Source: Thermoproteota archaeon
Lineage (GTDB): Archaea; Thermoproteota; Thermoprotei; Gearchaeales; Gearchaeaceae
Length of the DNA: 64,000 bases
NCBI GenBank assembly: GCA_032249235.1
Contig: JAVVGF010000002.1
Span: 159,475 to 223,474, forward strand
Direction of reading: 5' to 3'
A model generated the notes under the pieces. The model ran no database searches and was not told where the DNA came from. It was given only the letters and a program-made list of their open reading frames with translations. The position numbers were made by a program, and so were the translations under genes. Positions 40,521 to 50,709 of this stretch are shown piece after piece (the stretch's first letter is position 1; each line of letters opens with the position of its first letter).

Positions 40521-41612
40521 CTAAATTCTATTTATTTTATTTCTCAAATATGAAGAAATTTCTGCAACGCGCAGAGATTCTTTCACATCATGAACTCTAG
40601 CTATGTTTGCTCCATTCATAATAGCAATTGAAAGTATAGCTAAAGAACCTTCAAGCCTTTCTTCAGGAGGTAAGTTTAGTATTTTACCTATAAAAGATTT
40701 CCTTGAAGCACCTATTAAAATAGGTCTTCCGAGGCATTTTAATTCATTAAGTCTTAATATCAAGGCTATGTTATGACCCAAAGATTTGCCAAAGCCAATA
40801 CCTGGATCTATGATGATCTTATCTTCCTTCAAACCCATAATTTTAGCATAATGAATCTTAGTTCTTAGTGAACGCAAAACATCGCTTACCACATCTTCAT
40901 AAATTATTGGTTCTTTTTGCATGATTGAAGGATTCCCTCTTATATGCATGATAACGATAGGAACATCATAATTCTTAGCAACTTCGAACATTTTCTCATC
41001 AGCAATGAGACCGCTTATATCGTTGATCATAGAAGCACCGCAAACAATAGCCTCTTCAGCGACTTTACTTTTGTAAGTATCGACTGAAATAGGAACGTCG
41101 AATTCTTTGCTAGCATATTTAATCAAAGGTATGACTCTTCTCAATTCTTCTTCAACAGAAATTCTCAAAGAGCCAGGTCTTGTAGATTCGCCGCCGATAT
41201 CGATGATATGTGCTCCTTCCTTATAGCATTGCTCCAATCTTTTCTTCGCTTTTTCAAAGTCTAAATACAAACCGCCATCATAGAAAGAATCTGGAGTAAC
41301 ATTGATTATAGCCATGATGTAAACTTTCTTTTCAAAATCAAATACTCTATTACCTATTCTCATTGAAGGAGGATAACTTAAATAGTTCTTGAAAGCCTGC
41401 TTTATCTTCTTAATTATCTCCTCATTTTCTTCTAATGTAACTATATAATCTTCTAAAAGATCTTCAATTAAAACTGTAATCTTATGATCAAATTTCTCTA
41501 TTAATTTTATATTTTTAAAATACTTTGTAATAATTGGAAGATTTTGCTCTTCAATTTCTTCAATTTTAATATTAAACCTTTTATTATATGAAGTTATTGA
41601 AATATTACTCAT
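40521..41612 (-). CDS. folP: dihydropteroate synthase with N-terminal extension
   Basis: IINVTPDSFYDGG, DIGGESTRPG, SVDT, IDPGIGFGK, GASRKSF, RVHDV. Confidence 0.95.
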   Translation of the reverse strand: MSNISITSYNKRFNIKIEEIEEQNLPIITKYFKNIKLIEKFDHKITVLIEDLLEDYIVTLEENEEIIKKIKQAFKNYLSYPPSMRIGNRVFDFEKKVYIMAIINVTPDSFYDGGLYLDFEKAKKRLEQCYKEGAHIIDIGGESTRPGSLRISVEEELRRVIPLIKYASKEFDVPISVDTYKSKVAEEAIVCGASMINDISGLIADEKMFEVAKNYDVPIVIMHIRGNPSIMQKEPIIYEDVVSDVLRSLRTKIHYAKIMGLKEDKIIIDPGIGFGKSLGHNIALILRLNELKCLGRPILIGASRKSFIGKILNLPPEERLEGSLAILSIAIMNGANIARVHDVKESLRVAEISSYLRNKINRI

Positions 41613-42958
41613 CTTATATTGACGGGATCGCTTACAGACAAATCGTCCACTTCTTCATTAAACAAGAACTCTCTTGCTTCAGCAACAGTAAATACAGAAC
41701 CGGTGATTAAGATAGGAAGATTATAGTTGCTTAGAGCGAAATTCACAGCCTCCTTTACATCTTTAATTAAAATAGAAGGTATATTCAAGCCTAAATCAAC
41801 GACTGCTTTTTTCAGTAATTCATTATTTACCGCTCTTGACATAACTTTGTGCTCACAAAATATAAATTTCTCTGTTATTTCAGATATATTTTTAATCATG
41901 CTTCTATAATCTTTATCGCTTGATATACTCATAATAACAATAAATTTTTCTTTGAAATTATCTTTCAAAAAATTGCATAAGGATTGAATTGCGAAAGGAT
42001 CCTTTGCACAATCTAAAATTATGATGTTGTTACTATTATTTACAAATTCCAATCTTCCTGGAAAATAGATTCTTTTTAAGGTATCTCTAATCAACGAGTC
42101 TTTAAAATCATAACCTAGCATATGAAGAAGTTCAAATATGCATAAGGCTACAGAACAGTTATTGAATTGATGATAACCTAGCATAGAAGTTTCTAACTCT
42201 TTAAATTCTGAATTCAAACCAAAGTAGTTGAAAATATTTGATTTCAAATCACTTTTCAATATTTCAAATCTTACATCAGCATTTTTTTCATCACTTACTT
42301 TTATCAACTCGCATCCTATGCATGAACATTCTTTTTCAACTATTTTAGTAGCATTTTCATTGGTTTTTCCTAATACGAGATAAGCATCTTTTCTTGCAAT
42401 TCCTACTTTATTCCAAGCTATTTCTTCATAAGTATTTCCCAAAATGTTGGTATGCTCAAGATATACTGTTGTAATTGCAGATATACAAGGATTAAGAACA
42501 TTTGTGGCATCATAGCGGCCTCCTATCCCTACTTCATAAACGCAAATATCTACATTTTCTTCAAGGAAATACAACATGGATAATGCAGTGGTGAATTCAA
42601 AAAATGTAGGATGATAATCGCTATTTTGAATTTTATCATAAAGAAAATTAGCAATATCGAGCAGTCTTTCTTTGCTTATTTCTTTCGAATTAATCGCTAT
42701 CCTTTCAGTATATCTATGAAGATGAGGTTTCATGAATCTACCTGTTTTATAACCATGGGCTTCAAGTAGCTTTGATAATAGAAATGTAACTGAGCCTTTT
42801 CCACCGCTGCCTGTAATTAAAACACAGTTGATTTTTTCATGTGGATTGTCAATGAGCTTTAATAGCTTCCTTATGTTATCAACTCCATAGCTCATCCCGA
42901 ATCTTTTTAAATTATATAGCCAGTTCAAAAATTCTGCGTAGTTTTCGAATCTAGCCAT
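41609..42958 (-). CDS. folC: dihydrofolate/folylpolyglutamate synthase
   Basis: ITGSGGKGS, PHL...ERI, FFEFTT, EVGIGGRYDATN, PGRLE, TGSVFTVAE. Confidence 0.93.
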   Translation of the reverse strand: MARFENYAEFLNWLYNLKRFGMSYGVDNIRKLLKLIDNPHEKINCVLITGSGGKGSVTFLLSKLLEAHGYKTGRFMKPHLHRYTERIAINSKEISKERLLDIANFLYDKIQNSDYHPTFFEFTTALSMLYFLEENVDICVYEVGIGGRYDATNVLNPCISAITTVYLEHTNILGNTYEEIAWNKVGIARKDAYLVLGKTNENATKIVEKECSCIGCELIKVSDEKNADVRFEILKSDLKSNIFNYFGLNSEFKELETSMLGYHQFNNCSVALCIFELLHMLGYDFKDSLIRDTLKRIYFPGRLEFVNNSNNIIILDCAKDPFAIQSLCNFLKDNFKEKFIVIMSISSDKDYRSMIKNISEITEKFIFCEHKVMSRAVNNELLKKAVVDLGLNIPSILIKDVKEAVNFALSNYNLPILITGSVFTVAEAREFLFNEEVDDLSVSDPVNIR

Positions 42959-44472
42959 TAATGTCTAAAACATCTTATACCAGTAAATATTAAAGCAATT
43001 CCATGTTCGTTTGCAGCATCTATTATTTCATTATCTCTTATAGAACCGCCAGGCTCTATTATTGTAGTTATACCTTTGTTTGCTGCTAGGTCAATACTAT
43101 CTCTAAAAGGAAAGAAGCCATCAGATGCCAATACAGCACCATTTGCTTTTTCACTTGCTTTTTCAAGAGCTATTTTTGTTGAATAAAATCTATTTGGTTG
43201 TCCAGATCCAATTCCTAAAGTCATTTCATTCTTCGCAACTACTATCGCGTTTGAAAATACATGCTTAACTACTTTCCATGCAAACAGAGCATCTTTTATT
43301 TCTTCTTGATTTGGTTTTTTGTTCGATACAAATTTCATTTCATGAACTTCGATATCTTTTAAATCTCTTTCTTGGATCAATATACCATTTACGACATCTC
43401 TTATGTTGTAACCTTTTTTTAATTTAATACCTAAGTTAGCAACTTTAATCAAGCGAGTTTTTTTCTTTTTATTTAATATTTTAAAAGCTTCTTCATCGAA
43501 ATCTTTAGCAATTATCAAATCAAAGAAGTAATTATAAATAATTTCTGCAAGCTCTTTATCTATTATAGAGCTAATCCCTAAAACTCCTCCGTATGCTGAT
43601 TGAGGATCTGATGAATAAGCTTTTAGAAAAGCATCTTTAGCATTTTGACCCCTCGCAACCCCGCAGGGGCTTGTATGTTTTATTATCGCACAGTGATTTT
43701 CTCCCAAATCGCCTAATAAGCAAATTACTCTATTTAAATCAAGGAAGTTATTATAAGATAATTCGCCTTTCAGAATTTCATATTCAAGTTGTTCATCAGT
43801 AGAATATTTAAAGAAATAAGCTTTTTGATGTGGATTTTCACCATATTTTAATTTTATTCCATCTTTTAAAAATAAAAATAAAGAAACATCGTTTGTCAAT
43901 TTTTCATAAAAATATGAAAAAGCTCTTGCTTCATAATTTATTAAATATTCAAAAGCCTTAATTGCTAATTTTTTCTTTGTTTCATATGTTATTTCATTTT
44001 TTTCTTTTATCTCTTTTATTATATCTATGCAATCTTTCTCATCAATTATTATCGTAACATATTTGAAATTCTTGATTGCAGAATTCACCAAAGCTCTTCC
44101 TCCTATATCTAAAGAACTTAAAAATTCATCTAAACTTTCGAATGAAGTTTCATAAAAATTCAAAGCAATCAAATCAATAAGACCTACGTTGCTTATTTGC
44201 TCAAGCTCTTCTTTATTTTCCCTATTGCACAAAATCATTGCATGGATCAATTGATTTAAAGTCTTGACTTTTTCATGCATTAAGCTTTGAAAGCCAGTCA
44301 ATATGCTTGTTGATGAAGCATTTATTCCATTTTCTTTCAAAAATCTCAAAGTCCCTTCAGTTGCTATTATTGAAAAACCCTTATCGATTAATATTCTAGC
44401 CAGATCAACGAATTCTTTGGATTTTTTGGACAAGGAAAATAAAGCATAACGTTTCATAGCTATTATGCTCAA
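42958..44472 (-). CDS. purH: bifunctional AICAR transformylase/IMP cyclohydrolase
   Basis: KVKTL, DIGG, KYGENPHQ, LSYNN, KHTSPCG, KHVFSNAI, ASDGFFPFRD, FTGIRCFRH. Confidence 0.93.
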   Translation of the reverse strand: MSIIAMKRYALFSLSKKSKEFVDLARILIDKGFSIIATEGTLRFLKENGINASSTSILTGFQSLMHEKVKTLNQLIHAMILCNRENKEELEQISNVGLIDLIALNFYETSFESLDEFLSSLDIGGRALVNSAIKNFKYVTIIIDEKDCIDIIKEIKEKNEITYETKKKLAIKAFEYLINYEARAFSYFYEKLTNDVSLFLFLKDGIKLKYGENPHQKAYFFKYSTDEQLEYEILKGELSYNNFLDLNRVICLLGDLGENHCAIIKHTSPCGVARGQNAKDAFLKAYSSDPQSAYGGVLGISSIIDKELAEIIYNYFFDLIIAKDFDEEAFKILNKKKKTRLIKVANLGIKLKKGYNIRDVVNGILIQERDLKDIEVHEMKFVSNKKPNQEEIKDALFAWKVVKHVFSNAIVVAKNEMTLGIGSGQPNRFYSTKIALEKASEKANGAVLASDGFFPFRDSIDLAANKGITTIIEPGGSIRDNEIIDAANEHGIALIFTGIRCFRH

Positions 44473-44528
44473 ATTTACGTTAAAAATTTGATCGAAAGAT
44501 TAAATTCCATGATGATTATTTAAAAATT

Positions 44529-45365
44529 GTGGAATTGAAATTGCTTAGAAGAGGAAAAGTTAAAGATGTTTATGAATTAGATGAGAAAAGGCTCATGTTC
44601 ATTTTTTCGGATAGAGTTTCAGCTTTTGATGTCGTTCTTCCTTCAGTTATACCCATGAAGGGTTATGTATTGTTAAAATTCTCGCAGTTTTGGTTTAATT
44701 ATTTAAATTATCCAAATCACATGCTCGAAGTTAAAGAACCGAATATTATGATAGTTAAAAAACTCAAAATGATTCCTTTAGAATTCATTGTAAGAGGTTA
44801 CATATACGGTTCATTATATGAAAGACTTCTAAAAAGAGAAATCGAATTAGATGTCGAACCAGTATTAGCTAGAAAGCTTAAAGAACCATTTTTTGAAACC
44901 ACAACTAAATATGAAGAGAAGGATGTACCTATTTCAAAAATAGAAGCGATTAAAAGAGGATGGATAAGCGATGAAGAGTATGAATTTTTGAAAAAAACAT
45001 GCATCGAGTTATATAATAAAATGTATGAACGTGCTCTAAATGCAGGTTTTATCCTAGCTGATATAAAATTCGAATTCGGTAAAGATGAATACGGAAATAT
45101 ATTATTGGCTGATAGCATAGGTCCAGATGAGTTTAGATTATGGCCTAAAGAAAAATATCAAGAAGGAAGAATTCAAGAAAGCTTCGATAAACAACCAATT
45201 AGAGATTGGCTAATAAAAATAGGCTATAGAGATAAATTGGAAGAAGCTAGAAAGCTTGGAATGAAAATACCTGATCCTCCACCTTTACCTGAATGGTTGA
45301 TTGAAGAAGTTAAAAAGAGGTACGTTGAGGCTTATGAAAGGATCAGCGGTCAAAAAATTACCTAG
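44529..45365 (+). CDS. purC: SAICAR synthetase
   Basis: GKVKDVY, SDRVSAFD, EFIVRGY, ADIKFEFG, SFDKQ. Confidence 0.96.
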   Translation: MELKLLRRGKVKDVYELDEKRLMFIFSDRVSAFDVVLPSVIPMKGYVLLKFSQFWFNYLNYPNHMLEVKEPNIMIVKKLKMIPLEFIVRGYIYGSLYERLLKREIELDVEPVLARKLKEPFFETTTKYEEKDVPISKIEAIKRGWISDEEYEFLKKTCIELYNKMYERALNAGFILADIKFEFGKDEYGNILLADSIGPDEFRLWPKEKYQEGRIQESFDKQPIRDWLIKIGYRDKLEEARKLGMKIPDPPPLPEWLIEEVKKRYVEAYERISGQKIT

Positions 45366-46407
45366 AACATATAAAGAAGCAGGAGTAGATATAAAAGCAG
45401 TCAAAGAAGTCCATGAAGAACTAGGGAATATATTTAAAGCTAAAGAAGAGTATTCAGAATTTAAACCACTACTTCAAATAGGACATTATGCTGGAGTAGT
45501 TGAATATGGAGAACATTGTTTTGCTTTGCATGTTGACGGTGTAGGTACGAAGATATTAGTAGCCCAAATGATGAACTATTTCGAACCAATAGGTTATGAT
45601 TGCGTAGCTATGGGAGTTAATGATATAATTTGCATAGGAGCCAAGCCTGTAGCCTTCTTAGATTATTTAGCAGTTGAAAAAGTGAACAAAAAACTAATAA
45701 CTCAAATAGCAAAGGGAATAAGCAAAGCTGCGGAAGAAAGTGGAGTTTATGTTATAGGAGGAGAAACAGCAATAATGCCAGAGATAATTAAAGGCGCGAG
45801 GAAACAAATAGGTTTCGATCTGGTTGGGATGACGTTTGGTTATTTAAAGAAGCATGAATTGATCGATGGAAGCAAGATAGCTAAAGACGATGTGATCATT
45901 GGCTTAGAAAGCAGCGGACTTCATAGTAATGGATATACTTTAGCAAGGAAGATATTGCTTGAAAAATATAGCTTAACAGAAAAGATACCAGAGCTAGGCG
46001 GTATTTTAGGTGAAGAATTATTGAAGCCAACTAAAATATATGTCAAGCCAATTCTTGAAGCAAAAGCTGAAATTCCAATTAAAGGAATTGCACATATAAC
46101 AGGAGGTAGCTTTACGAAGCTTCTCAGACTTGCTAAGAACAAGAAGATTGGATTTTTGCTCGATAAGTTCCCACCTATGCCTGCAATATTTAGATTGATA
46201 ATGAAGACTGGAAAAATATCGATTGCTGAAATGTTCAGAACATTCAATTGCGGAATTGGAATGTGTGTGATTTTAGATAAAAAATACGCTGAAAGAGCGC
46301 TAGACATCTTCTCCAAACATAAGATTAAGGCAAGCATAATTGGAAGAGTTATTGATAACTACGGAGTATACGTAAAATATAAAGGTAGAAAATTAGTTAT
46401 TGCCTAA
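45301..46407 (+). CDS. purM: AIR synthetase (phosphoribosylformylglycinamidine cyclo-ligase); true start probably ATG 45334
   Basis: YKEAGVD, DGVGTK, GGETA, SSGLHSNGY, AHITGG, TFNCGIG. Confidence 0.96.
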   Translation: MKKLKRGTLRLMKGSAVKKLPRTYKEAGVDIKAVKEVHEELGNIFKAKEEYSEFKPLLQIGHYAGVVEYGEHCFALHVDGVGTKILVAQMMNYFEPIGYDCVAMGVNDIICIGAKPVAFLDYLAVEKVNKKLITQIAKGISKAAEESGVYVIGGETAIMPEIIKGARKQIGFDLVGMTFGYLKKHELIDGSKIAKDDVIIGLESSGLHSNGYTLARKILLEKYSLTEKIPELGGILGEELLKPTKIYVKPILEAKAEIPIKGIAHITGGSFTKLLRLAKNKKIGFLLDKFPPMPAIFRLIMKTGKISIAEMFRTFNCGIGMCVILDKKYAERALDIFSKHKIKASIIGRVIDNYGVYVKYKGRKLVIA

Positions 46408-47845
46408 AGAAATGATAAAAGAACATTGTGGTGTAGTAGGAGCTTATTTTCTAAATCATAAAGATCCTTCACAAGTAATTTACAATGCACTTATTTCTTT
46501 GCAACATAGAGGACAGGAATCGTTTGGTATTGCTTCATTATTAGGAAATGAAATACTTGTTAGCAAAGAACTCGGTCTTGTCAATTATAAATTGATTAAA
46601 GAGAATTTAAGAGAACAAACAAACAAAGTTATAGCCCATGTGAGATATTCAACGACTGGAGATACTACGCTAGAAGATGCTCAGCCTTCATATTGTGAAA
46701 ATTCTAATTTAAAGATTGCATTGTGCTTCAATGGAAATATCGTAAATTTTATGGAGCTTAGAAAGAAGCTAAAAGAAAAAGGATATTTGTTTAAAGGAAA
46801 TGGAGATGGTGAAGTATTAGCTGCATTCATTTTAGAAAGCCTTAAAGAAGGAAAAGATATTGAGAAGACAATAGGCAGAGTTTATGAAGAAGTTGAAGGA
46901 GCATACTCTACAACTTTCTTAAGTAACGATGGTTATTTAGTTGCTTTTAGAGATCCATACGGCTTTAGACCGCTTAATATTGGTTTTGATAACTCAGGAA
47001 ATATCTTGATAGCATCTGAGACAGTTGCATTCGATGCAAATGATTTTCAAGAATTTTCATCGATAAAGCCAGGAGAAATGGTTTTAATTAATGAAGGAAA
47101 GCCTGAGATTAAAACTCTCAAAAAAGTAGAGAAAAGGTATCATTGTATGTTTGAATTCGTTTATTTCAGCAGACCTGATAGCATATTTGAGAACAAAACT
47201 ATTTATGAAGTTAGGTGGAATTTAGGAAAAGAACTAGCAAAGACTTATAAGACTGATGCAGATGTCATAGTTCCAATACCCGATTCATCTAGACCTGCTG
47301 CAGAAGCAATCTCAAGAGAAACAGGAATACCTGTAGTTGAAGGATTGATAAAGAATAGATATATAGGAAGGACTTTCATCATGCCTAAACAAGAGCAAAG
47401 AGAGAAAAATGTAAAATTAAAGCTCAATCCTGTTAAATCATTAATAAGAGGAAAGAAAGTTCTTCTCATAGATGATAGCCTTGTAAGAGGAACGACAATA
47501 AAAAGGATTGTTGAAATTGTTAGGAAAGCAGGTGCTGAAAAAGTATATGTCTGGATAACTTGCCCTCCAATCATTTCTCCCTGTTTCTATGGCATAGACA
47601 TTGCTATACATGGAGAATTGATAGCAAGCAGCAAGACAATTGAAGAAATAAGAAAAGAAATAGGAGCTGATGAACTATGCTATCAAACAATTGAAGGACT
47701 TAAAAGAGCAATAGGACTTGGAGATAATATTTGCTTAAGTTGTTTAACTGGTACATATCCTACGCCCCTTGCACAAAAACTATCTAATGAATTAAGGAAT
47801 AAGGAGGTAAAAGAAAGATATTGGGAAATAGAGCTTAATGTATAA
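46400..47845 (+). CDS. purF: amidophosphoribosyltransferase
   Basis: EHCGVVG, LQHRGQE, HVRYST, CMFEFVYFSRPDS, DDSLVRGTT, CLSCLTG. Confidence 0.97.
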   Translation: MPKEMIKEHCGVVGAYFLNHKDPSQVIYNALISLQHRGQESFGIASLLGNEILVSKELGLVNYKLIKENLREQTNKVIAHVRYSTTGDTTLEDAQPSYCENSNLKIALCFNGNIVNFMELRKKLKEKGYLFKGNGDGEVLAAFILESLKEGKDIEKTIGRVYEEVEGAYSTTFLSNDGYLVAFRDPYGFRPLNIGFDNSGNILIASETVAFDANDFQEFSSIKPGEMVLINEGKPEIKTLKKVEKRYHCMFEFVYFSRPDSIFENKTIYEVRWNLGKELAKTYKTDADVIVPIPDSSRPAAEAISRETGIPVVEGLIKNRYIGRTFIMPKQEQREKNVKLKLNPVKSLIRGKKVLLIDDSLVRGTTIKRIVEIVRKAGAEKVYVWITCPPIISPCFYGIDIAIHGELIASSKTIEEIRKEIGADELCYQTIEGLKRAIGLGDNICLSCLTGTYPTPLAQKLSNELRNKEVKERYWEIELNV

Positions 47846-49154
47846 AGTCTTATTAATTGGTGAAGGAGGAAGAGAAGCTGCAATTGCTAAGAGTTTGCAT
47901 GAGAGTGGAGCAAAATTATATTCTTTCATGTCCTTCAAGAATGCAGGAATAGCGAGAATTTCTGAAAAATTCTACATCGGTTCATTATTGGATTTTGAAT
48001 CTGCATACAAATTTGCGAAAGAAAACAATGTCGACTTCGCAATATCAGGTCCTGAAGCACCTTTGGTACATGGCATAGCTGACTATTTTGAAGATAGAGG
48101 AATTCCATTTGTAGGACCTAGAAGAGAAGTAGCCATGATAGAAGGGAGTAAATCTTTTGCTAGAGAATTGATGAGGAAATACAAAATTAATGCTTATCCT
48201 GAATTCAAGATTGCTTTAAGCCTAGAAGAATGTGAAAAAGCAATAGAAGAAATTAAGGATTATGTAATCAAGCCTGATGGACTTACAGGAGGAAAAGGAG
48301 TAAAAGTATTAGGCGAACATTTCTTCAATAAGGAAGAAGCGATCAAATATTGTGAACAAATACTCCCGTTGCATAAGAAAATTGTAATCGAAGAAAGAGT
48401 TGAAGGAGAAGAATTCGTATTGCAATGCTTTTACGATGGTAAAACTTTGGTTCCAATGCCTCTTGTTCAAGATCATAAAAGAGCATTAGATGATGATAAG
48501 GGAGAGAATACAGGTGGAATGGGTTCTATATCTCATAAGAGTCATTTACTTCCATTCATTAGTGAAGCAGTTCTAGATAGATCCTTAAGAATTTTAAAAG
48601 AAACAATGCTTGCATTAGAAAAAGAAAAAGGATTGAAATACAAAGGCATAATATATGGTCAATTCATGCTTACAAGAAAAGGACCTTTAATAATTGAATA
48701 TAATGTTAGATTTGGAGATCCTGAAGCAATAAACGTTCTTTCTTTATTAAGATCTAACTTTCTAGAAATCTGCTATGACATCATTGAAGGAAATTTAAGT
48801 GAGAAAAAAATCGATTTTGAAAAGTTATCTACAGTATGCGTTTATCTTGTACCAAGAGGATATCCAAGCAATCCGATGAAAGATATGATTGTAGAAGTTC
48901 AAGAAGATAAGATAAAAGAATTAGGAGTCGAATTGTATTACGCTTCTTTGAAAGAGGTTGGAAATAAGCTTTATACAACAGGTTCTAGAAGCTTAGCTTT
49001 GCTCGCTAAATCTGAGGAAATTCAAGAGGCAAGCAAGTTATGCTATAAAGCTACAGCTTATGTAAAAGGTGAATTGTTCTATAGGAGAGATATAGGTACG
49101 GAGAAATTGATAAATAAACGGATTGAGAATTTGAAAAGATTGGGAATTCTTTAA
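47838..49154 (+). CDS. purD: phosphoribosylamine--glycine ligase
   Basis: GGRE, GPEAPL, EGSK, GGKGV, QDHKR, NTGGMG, EYNVRFGDPE. Confidence 0.97.
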   Translation: MYKVLLIGEGGREAAIAKSLHESGAKLYSFMSFKNAGIARISEKFYIGSLLDFESAYKFAKENNVDFAISGPEAPLVHGIADYFEDRGIPFVGPRREVAMIEGSKSFARELMRKYKINAYPEFKIALSLEECEKAIEEIKDYVIKPDGLTGGKGVKVLGEHFFNKEEAIKYCEQILPLHKKIVIEERVEGEEFVLQCFYDGKTLVPMPLVQDHKRALDDDKGENTGGMGSISHKSHLLPFISEAVLDRSLRILKETMLALEKEKGLKYKGIIYGQFMLTRKGPLIIEYNVRFGDPEAINVLSLLRSNFLEICYDIIEGNLSEKKIDFEKLSTVCVYLVPRGYPSNPMKDMIVEVQEDKIKELGVELYYASLKEVGNKLYTTGSRSLALLAKSEEIQEASKLCYKATAYVKGELFYRRDIGTEKLINKRIENLKRLGIL

Positions 49155-50002
49155 TGGTAATAATTTTCGATGGTAATAAAAGAAAGGAAGAAATTCTCAA
49201 TTCATTAAAGCCAAGAATAGAAAAGATAAGAAGAAAAGGAATAAATCCAAAGCTTTCAATAGTAAACGTTGGCAAGAATCCTGCTTCTTTGAGTTATATT
49301 AAGATGAAAATTCAAGCTTTGAAAAAGCTAAATCTTGAATATGAGCTTTATGATTTCGAAAAAATCGAAGAAAAAGATTTAATTGAATTGATTAAAGAAC
49401 TCAACGAAAAGGATACGAACGGAATATTAATCCAAATGCCTTTGCCGAGTTATTTGAATGCTAAAAAAATACTTAATGAGATTGAACCAATAAAAGATGT
49501 TGATTGTCTTACAGAAGAGAATCTCGGAAAATTAATGTATAATGATGAAACAATAGCTCCTTGTACTCCTAAAGGGATAATCGATATACTTGAAAGTGAG
49601 AAAATCGAACTAGAAGGAAAAGAAGTCGTAATAGTGAACAATAGCATTTTAATAGGTAAACCTCTTTCTATAATGCTTACAAATAGATTTGCAACTGTAA
49701 CTTTATGTCATGTAAAAACTAAAGACTTAAAAGCTCATACAAGCAAAGCTGATATCTTGATAACTGCAACAGGTGTACCTAAGCTTATAAAAAAAGAACA
49801 TATTAAGAAAGGAGTTGTTTTAATAGATGCAGGCTTTACAAAAATAAATGAAAAGCCTGTAGGAGATGTTGACTTTGAAGAAGTAAAAGATCTATGTAGC
49901 TTAATAACACCAACACCTGGAGGAGTTGGGCCTATGACAGTTGCGATGCTCGTTAAAAATTTAATAACTTGCACAGAATTACAGCTAGGATTGAATGAGT
50001 AA
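49154..50002 (+). CDS. folD: methylenetetrahydrofolate dehydrogenase/cyclohydrolase
   Basis: YIKMK, GILIQMPLP, KDVD, PCTPKG, GDVDF, PGGVGPMTVAML. Confidence 0.96.
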   Translation: MVIIFDGNKRKEEILNSLKPRIEKIRRKGINPKLSIVNVGKNPASLSYIKMKIQALKKLNLEYELYDFEKIEEKDLIELIKELNEKDTNGILIQMPLPSYLNAKKILNEIEPIKDVDCLTEENLGKLMYNDETIAPCTPKGIIDILESEKIELEGKEVVIVNNSILIGKPLSIMLTNRFATVTLCHVKTKDLKAHTSKADILITATGVPKLIKKEHIKKGVVLIDAGFTKINEKPVGDVDFEEVKDLCSLITPTPGGVGPMTVAMLVKNLITCTELQLGLNE

Positions 50003-50630
50003 AAAATTAAGGATTGCGGTATTAGCATCTACAAGAGCTACAGATATGCAAGCAATAATAGATAAAATAAAAAGCGGGGAATTGAATGCTGAAATTGCAT
50101 GTGTAATAAGCAATAAAAAAGATGCCTATGCTCTTGAAAGAGCAAGAATGCATGGAATTGAAGCTATTTTCATAGATCCGAAAGGTAAAACACCTGAAGA
50201 ATATGATAAAGAAATCTTGAATGAATTGAAGAAAAGAAATGTTGACTTAGTTTTGCTCATAGGATATAATAAGTACATAACTAAAGTATTGATCGATGAA
50301 TATAGAAACAGGATTATGAACATACATCCTTCATTATTGCCTGCTTTTCCTGGATGGGATAAAGAAGTTCATAAAGCTGTATTAGATTACGGATGCAAAG
50401 TCACAGGTTGCACATTACATTTCGTTGATGAAAAGCTAGATGCTGGGCCTATAATACTTCAAAAAGCCGTTGAAGTTTTAGAAGATGATACCGTTGAAAG
50501 CTTAAAAGAAAGAGTTCAAAAAGCTGAACAAGAAATCCTAATAGAAGGTATAAAATTGTTCATGGAAGGAAGATTAAAAGTTGAAAACAACAAAGTAAGA
50601 ATTCTAAAACATGGGCCCGCTGGGATTTGA
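49995..50630 (+). CDS. purN: phosphoribosylglycinamide formyltransferase (folate-dependent)
   Basis: NIHPSLLPAFPG, GCTLHFV, LDAGPIILQ. Confidence 0.95.
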   Translation: MSKKLRIAVLASTRATDMQAIIDKIKSGELNAEIACVISNKKDAYALERARMHGIEAIFIDPKGKTPEEYDKEILNELKKRNVDLVLLIGYNKYITKVLIDEYRNRIMNIHPSLLPAFPGWDKEVHKAVLDYGCKVTGCTLHFVDEKLDAGPIILQKAVEVLEDDTVESLKERVQKAEQEILIEGIKLFMEGRLKVENNKVRILKHGPAGI

Positions 50631-50685
50631 ACCCAGGACCCCCCGGTTATGAGCCGGGTGCTCTACCTAGCTAAGCTACGGGCCC
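50612..50685 (-). tRNA. tRNA with CAT anticodon, most likely tRNA-Ile2; intronless, CCA not encoded
   Basis: GGGCCCGTAGCTTAGCTAGGTAGAGCACCCGGCTCATAACCGGGGGGTCCTGGGTTCAAATCCCAGCGGGCCCA folds as a cloverleaf. The GGGCCC acceptor and CCCGG/CCGGG anticodon stem are Ile-type, not initiator (A1:U72) or elongator Met. Confidence 0.92.
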
Positions 50686-50709
50686 TATTCTTTATATTTA
50701 AGAATTTTA

